10,607 nucleotides of DNA. Origin: an uncultured Dehalococcoidia bacterium (GTDB taxonomy: Bacteria > Chloroflexota > Dehalococcoidia > Lucifugimonadales > UBA3495). The notes beneath the pieces are model-generated. The model was not told where the DNA came from. It did no database searches and saw nothing but the letters and a program-made list of their open reading frames with translations. The stretch spans positions 1-10,607 of the forward strand of contig CATMOE010000092.1 in the NCBI GenBank assembly GCA_950072105.1, given 5' to 3'. How positions within the stretch are numbered: position 1 is the stretch's first letter; each line of letters starts with the position of its first letter. A program made the translations under genes and the position numbers. Shown in pieces: positions 7,416-10,607 of this stretch.

Positions 7416-10400
7416 TTACGCCTTAAGTATTTCCCGCCGGGACAGCACCCGCTCCATCAGGGGCCGCATACCAAGTTCGCTGGAGATGGCCAGGGACTCG
7501 TCCAGCAGGGACATGGCCTTGGCCCGGTCCCCCTCACCGTTACGCTGGAGGAGGGTGTCAGCATAGTCGCAGCAAGTCCAGGCCAGTTCGACGCGGTAAC
7601 CAGCGCGGCAGAACGACAAAGCGTCTTCAAAGTGGGCCGCCGCTTGGTCCAAGTCGCCGATTGTGTGGGCGAGAAGGCCCAGCAGCCTCTCGAAGCACAT
7701 TATGCCTTGAACCGGCATCCCCCGATGCCCGGGTTCTAGGAAATCGTACAGATCTGCAGCGGTCTTAGCATCTTGCCGGTTTACAGCCATTAGTGCCAGA
7801 CTGATTCGGATCGCATGGGTTATTACCGGGGCAGCAGTTGAGTCTGATAGAACGGCTTCCCCTGCTCTCTGAGCTATCGGAACCCGGCCAACGTCGCCGG
7901 TAATGCGGGCTACGTAGGGAATAATCAAGGCGGCGAACGAGTGGGCCGTAGGGGCGGAGCCCATAAAATCCAAAAGTTCACCCAGGTAATGGTCTCCTTG
8001 GTCGATGTTCCCTAGCTCGCGCTCCAGTGCCGTAAAGCGGTCGAGAAGTCCAGAAAATCCCGGAGATACCGCTAAGCCTCGTTCACCGAGGTGCCGAGCG
8101 TTCTGCCAGTCCCCCATCGAATGGTGCACGATCATGTTGTAGTGAAACGCCATGGCCTGGGAGTTCCCGCCGCGGAGCCGTTCCGACCCAATTAGCATGG
8201 CGGCGGCATGTTGCTGGGCGCCCTCCAGGTCCCCTTTGCAATAAAGGGCTAACGTAATGTCACCTTTGGCCCTTACTTGGACCATGAGGTCATCGGACGC
8301 CGTGGCTAGCTCCAAAGCCCGCTGGCTTTTCTTAAGCCATTCGTCAAAATTGAGATTGTACCGGTCGACCCTGGCGGCATCGGCCAAGATTCTCATCTCT
8401 AGGCCTAGATCTCCCTCCCGCTCCGCGATGGCCAATGCCGCTTCTACCGCCTTCTGAGCGCCGTTGAAATCGCCTGCCTCCAAGCCCAAGACGTAACCAT
8501 AGCGGAAGAGCAGCCGGCCCGCAGCGTGGGAATCGGGTGGCACCAGGGATAAGGCTCGGGAAATCAAGTTGGAAATCCCGGTGTCACCACCAGAAACCGA
8601 TTCGTATGGGTATTCCGCAACGGATACAGCCTTCTCCACATCCCCAGCGGCAACGAAGTAGTCGAAAGCCCGCCTCAAAGAAACCACCGGTTCATGAAAT
8701 TCAAGCCTGTCGACGGTGGACAACATGGCGCGCCCTTGCCCAAACAATAGGGCTGCGGCCTCTTTATCCGCCGCAGGCTCAGAACCGGTCAGCGCGACGC
8801 CTTTGGCCGTCAGCCCCCGCTGGAAATGAGTCTGCGCCTCTTCCCAGGCAAACGCGGCCAGGGCACGGTCCCCTGCCAGCAACGAATACCGGACCAGCCG
8901 GTCTGACCCTAAAACGGTTTGGGCTTCGGCAAAGTGGAAAGCCAGCTCTGCGGCATGGCATTCGGCCTCCTCGCCATAAGCCTCTTCAAGGGATTCGGCG
9001 ATTCGGGCGTGAAGCCGCACCTTCCTGGTGGTGGACAGTTCCCCGGCCAGGGTCTCCTTAATCAGGGCATGGGTGAACTGATAGCGCCCCACCGTGCTTG
9101 TCATCTCTTCGATGACCCGCGACGCCAGCGCCTCCTCCAGCACCTCCAGCAGCCGGTCGTCACTTACGTCTTCGATTAAGGGCCGTAGGTGTTCCAGAGT
9201 GAATTCCCGGCCAATGACCGACGCAATGGTCAGGGTTTCGTTGCAACGCTCCGACAACCGGTCCAGCCGCCGTCCAATGACCTCTCTCACGCCTTCGGGG
9301 ATGCGGACGCTCCAAGAATCCCGCTGACCGGCCTTCTCCGGGGTCAGTTCCCCTTCCTGCACCAGCAGCCGCACCACTTCGGTGACGAACAGTGGGTTTC
9401 CTTCGGTCTGCCGATGCACCGCTTCCACCATGCCCTGGGGTGGTGCGATGCCCGAGACCAACTCGATGAACCGGCCCACGTCTTCCTGAGTCAGTCCCCT
9501 TAACAACACCCGCTGGAATAGCCTATCCCGGTTCAGCTCTCCCAAGGTCAGGGAAAGGGGATGCCTACGGGACAGTTCCATATCCCGATAGGTCCCAATG
9601 ACCAAAAGACGGCTGCCAGGTAGCTCACGAGCCACAAACTCCAACAACAGCAGCGATGGATGGTCCGCCCAGTGAAGATCGTCCAGCACCAACACCAAAG
9701 GTTGGCGTTGCGAGGCGCTTTTCAGAAAGGCGGTCATGGAGTCGAATAATCTGAACCGGGCTTGCTCCGGTTCCAATTCCGGCGGCGCCGCTAGACCTGG
9801 CAGTTTTTCCGAGACGTCGGACACTATCCCGGCGATGTTCGCCGCTCCGGCGCCCATCTCCGATCTCAGCTCCTCCGGGTCTTTGTCCCGCACATAGGAC
9901 CGGATCGCCTGGACCCAAGGCCAGTAGGGAGGCGCGCCCTCTCCTTCGTAGCAGCGGCCCCACAAAACCTGGGCATGGCGCAGTCCAGCGTAGGTTGCTA
10001 ACTCCTGGGCGGTTCGGGATTTCCCGATACCCGGTTCACCAACCAGGGTCAGCAAACGACCCCGGCCAGAAAGAGCGTCTTCCAACGCGGCTTTTAGATC
10101 GCCCATCTCCTGTTGCCGCCCGACGAAAACGCCCCCGGCCAGGCTGTCCACGGCGTGGGCTTCGTTGTCCCGTAGGGGCGCATGGCCATGCGCCCCTACG
10201 TCCGCGTCTGCCAGGTCTATGGCGTCTAGGGCGGACAGTACGTCGGTGGCCGACTCGGGGCGTTCGGACGGGTCCTTGGCGAGTAACCGCAGGATGAGGG
10301 CATCCAAGGCCCGTGGACACTGCCCGTTGTGCCAGGTGGGGGCTACCGGCGGGGTGTTGATGTGCTGGCCGATGATTGCTACCGAATCGTCTCCCAGGAA

Positions 10401-10517
10401 GGGAGGTCTGCCCGTCACCATCTCGTAGAGCATGGCCCCCAAGGAGTACAGGTCGGACCGGGGCGTTACCTCTCCGCCCATGGCTTGCTCGGGCGGCATG
10501 TAGGACACGGTAGTCAT
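7416..10517 (-). CDS. STAND-like protein: truncated Ser/Thr kinase C-lobe, AAA_16-type ATPase and TPR-like helical region (possibly a 5'-truncated pseudogene)
   Basis: Kinase subdomains VIII-XI are present (TVSYMPPEQ, RSDLYSLGAMLYEMVTGRPPF, LLAKDPSERP). Also FVGRQQE, Walker A GEPGIGKS (10040-10017), Walker B LVLVLDDLHWAD, TEGNPLFVTE and YQFTHALI. No GxGxxG, AxK, HRD or DFG upstream. Start uncertain: ATG 10517, ATG 10499 or GTG 10592. Confidence 0.85.
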   Translation of the reverse strand: MTTVSYMPPEQAMGGEVTPRSDLYSLGAMLYEMVTGRPPFLGDDSVAIIGQHINTPPVAPTWHNGQCPRALDALILRLLAKDPSERPESATDVLSALDAIDLADADVGAHGHAPLRDNEAHAVDSLAGGVFVGRQQEMGDLKAALEDALSGRGRLLTLVGEPGIGKSRTAQELATYAGLRHAQVLWGRCYEGEGAPPYWPWVQAIRSYVRDKDPEELRSEMGAGAANIAGIVSDVSEKLPGLAAPPELEPEQARFRLFDSMTAFLKSASQRQPLVLVLDDLHWADHPSLLLLEFVARELPGSRLLVIGTYRDMELSRRHPLSLTLGELNRDRLFQRVLLRGLTQEDVGRFIELVSGIAPPQGMVEAVHRQTEGNPLFVTEVVRLLVQEGELTPEKAGQRDSWSVRIPEGVREVIGRRLDRLSERCNETLTIASVIGREFTLEHLRPLIEDVSDDRLLEVLEEALASRVIEEMTSTVGRYQFTHALIKETLAGELSTTRKVRLHARIAESLEEAYGEEAECHAAELAFHFAEAQTVLGSDRLVRYSLLAGDRALAAFAWEEAQTHFQRGLTAKGVALTGSEPAADKEAAALLFGQGRAMLSTVDRLEFHEPVVSLRRAFDYFVAAGDVEKAVSVAEYPYESVSGGDTGISNLISRALSLVPPDSHAAGRLLFRYGYVLGLEAGDFNGAQKAVEAALAIAEREGDLGLEMRILADAARVDRYNLNFDEWLKKSQRALELATASDDLMVQVRAKGDITLALYCKGDLEGAQQHAAAMLIGSERLRGGNSQAMAFHYNMIVHHSMGDWQNARHLGERGLAVSPGFSGLLDRFTALERELGNIDQGDHYLGELLDFMGSAPTAHSFAALIIPYVARITGDVGRVPIAQRAGEAVLSDSTAAPVITHAIRISLALMAVNRQDAKTAADLYDFLEPGHRGMPVQGIMCFERLLGLLAHTIGDLDQAAAHFEDALSFCRAGYRVELAWTCCDYADTLLQRNGEGDRAKAMSLLDESLAISSELGMRPLMERVLSRREILKA
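10171..10200. repeat. Perfect 30-bp palindrome, GTAG-type REP-like element inside a coding region
   Basis: CGTAGGGGCGCATGGCCATGCGCCCCTACG is identical to its own reverse complement and has GTAG/CTAC ends. It lies in the kinase-ATPase linker and translates as (D)VGAHGHAPL(R). Confidence 0.85.
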
Positions 10518-10607
10518 ATTGATATTAGACACACAAAAAACTGGATTGAGCGTTCGGGGATGCGGTGAGGCTGCGTACCGCCCACCGCCCACTCATGTTG
10601 CACCATT

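Noticed and set aside
1..10607. Alternative genetic code (TGA reassigned) explaining the in-frame stops
   Set aside because: TGA ends the Mo-subunit (3352) and cupin (3722) genes at plausible family C-termini, and only one TGA sits in a conserved redox motif.
10512..10607. Group II intron or a named IS end at the kinase junction
   Set aside because: No domain V consensus or GTGCG boundary is visible, and too little sequence remains to identify terminal repeats or a transposase.
1..10607. CRISPR array, tRNA or rRNA
   Set aside because: No regularly spaced direct repeats and no recognisable structural RNA gene; intergenic gaps are short.

Overview
GC-rich bacterial window; gene content and paralogue style suggest Dehalococcoidia/SAR202-like Chloroflexota (inference from family recognition, not tested). 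Both ends carry convergent copies of one kinase-AAA ATPase-TPR-like (STAND-type) family, and both look damaged. The left copy has two in-frame nonsense codons. The right copy lacks the front of its kinase domain and has a perfect 30-bp GTAG-type REP palindrome in frame in its linker. Between them lie a solitary xanthine dehydrogenase-family Mo subunit and a small cupin (+), then on the minus strand a small orphan ORF, a PNPOx-like flavin-binding protein, a probable selenoprotein and an amidohydrolase, plus an intergenic inverted REP-like doublet. Main result: ORFs 6414..6722 and 4998..6383 are in the same frame and joined by TGA-GGG-GGC-TGC (U-G-G-C), followed directly by a SECIS-like hairpin. 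This gives one 574-aa UGSC-type selenoprotein whose UxxC segment has the spacing of glycine/proline reductase selenoprotein B.
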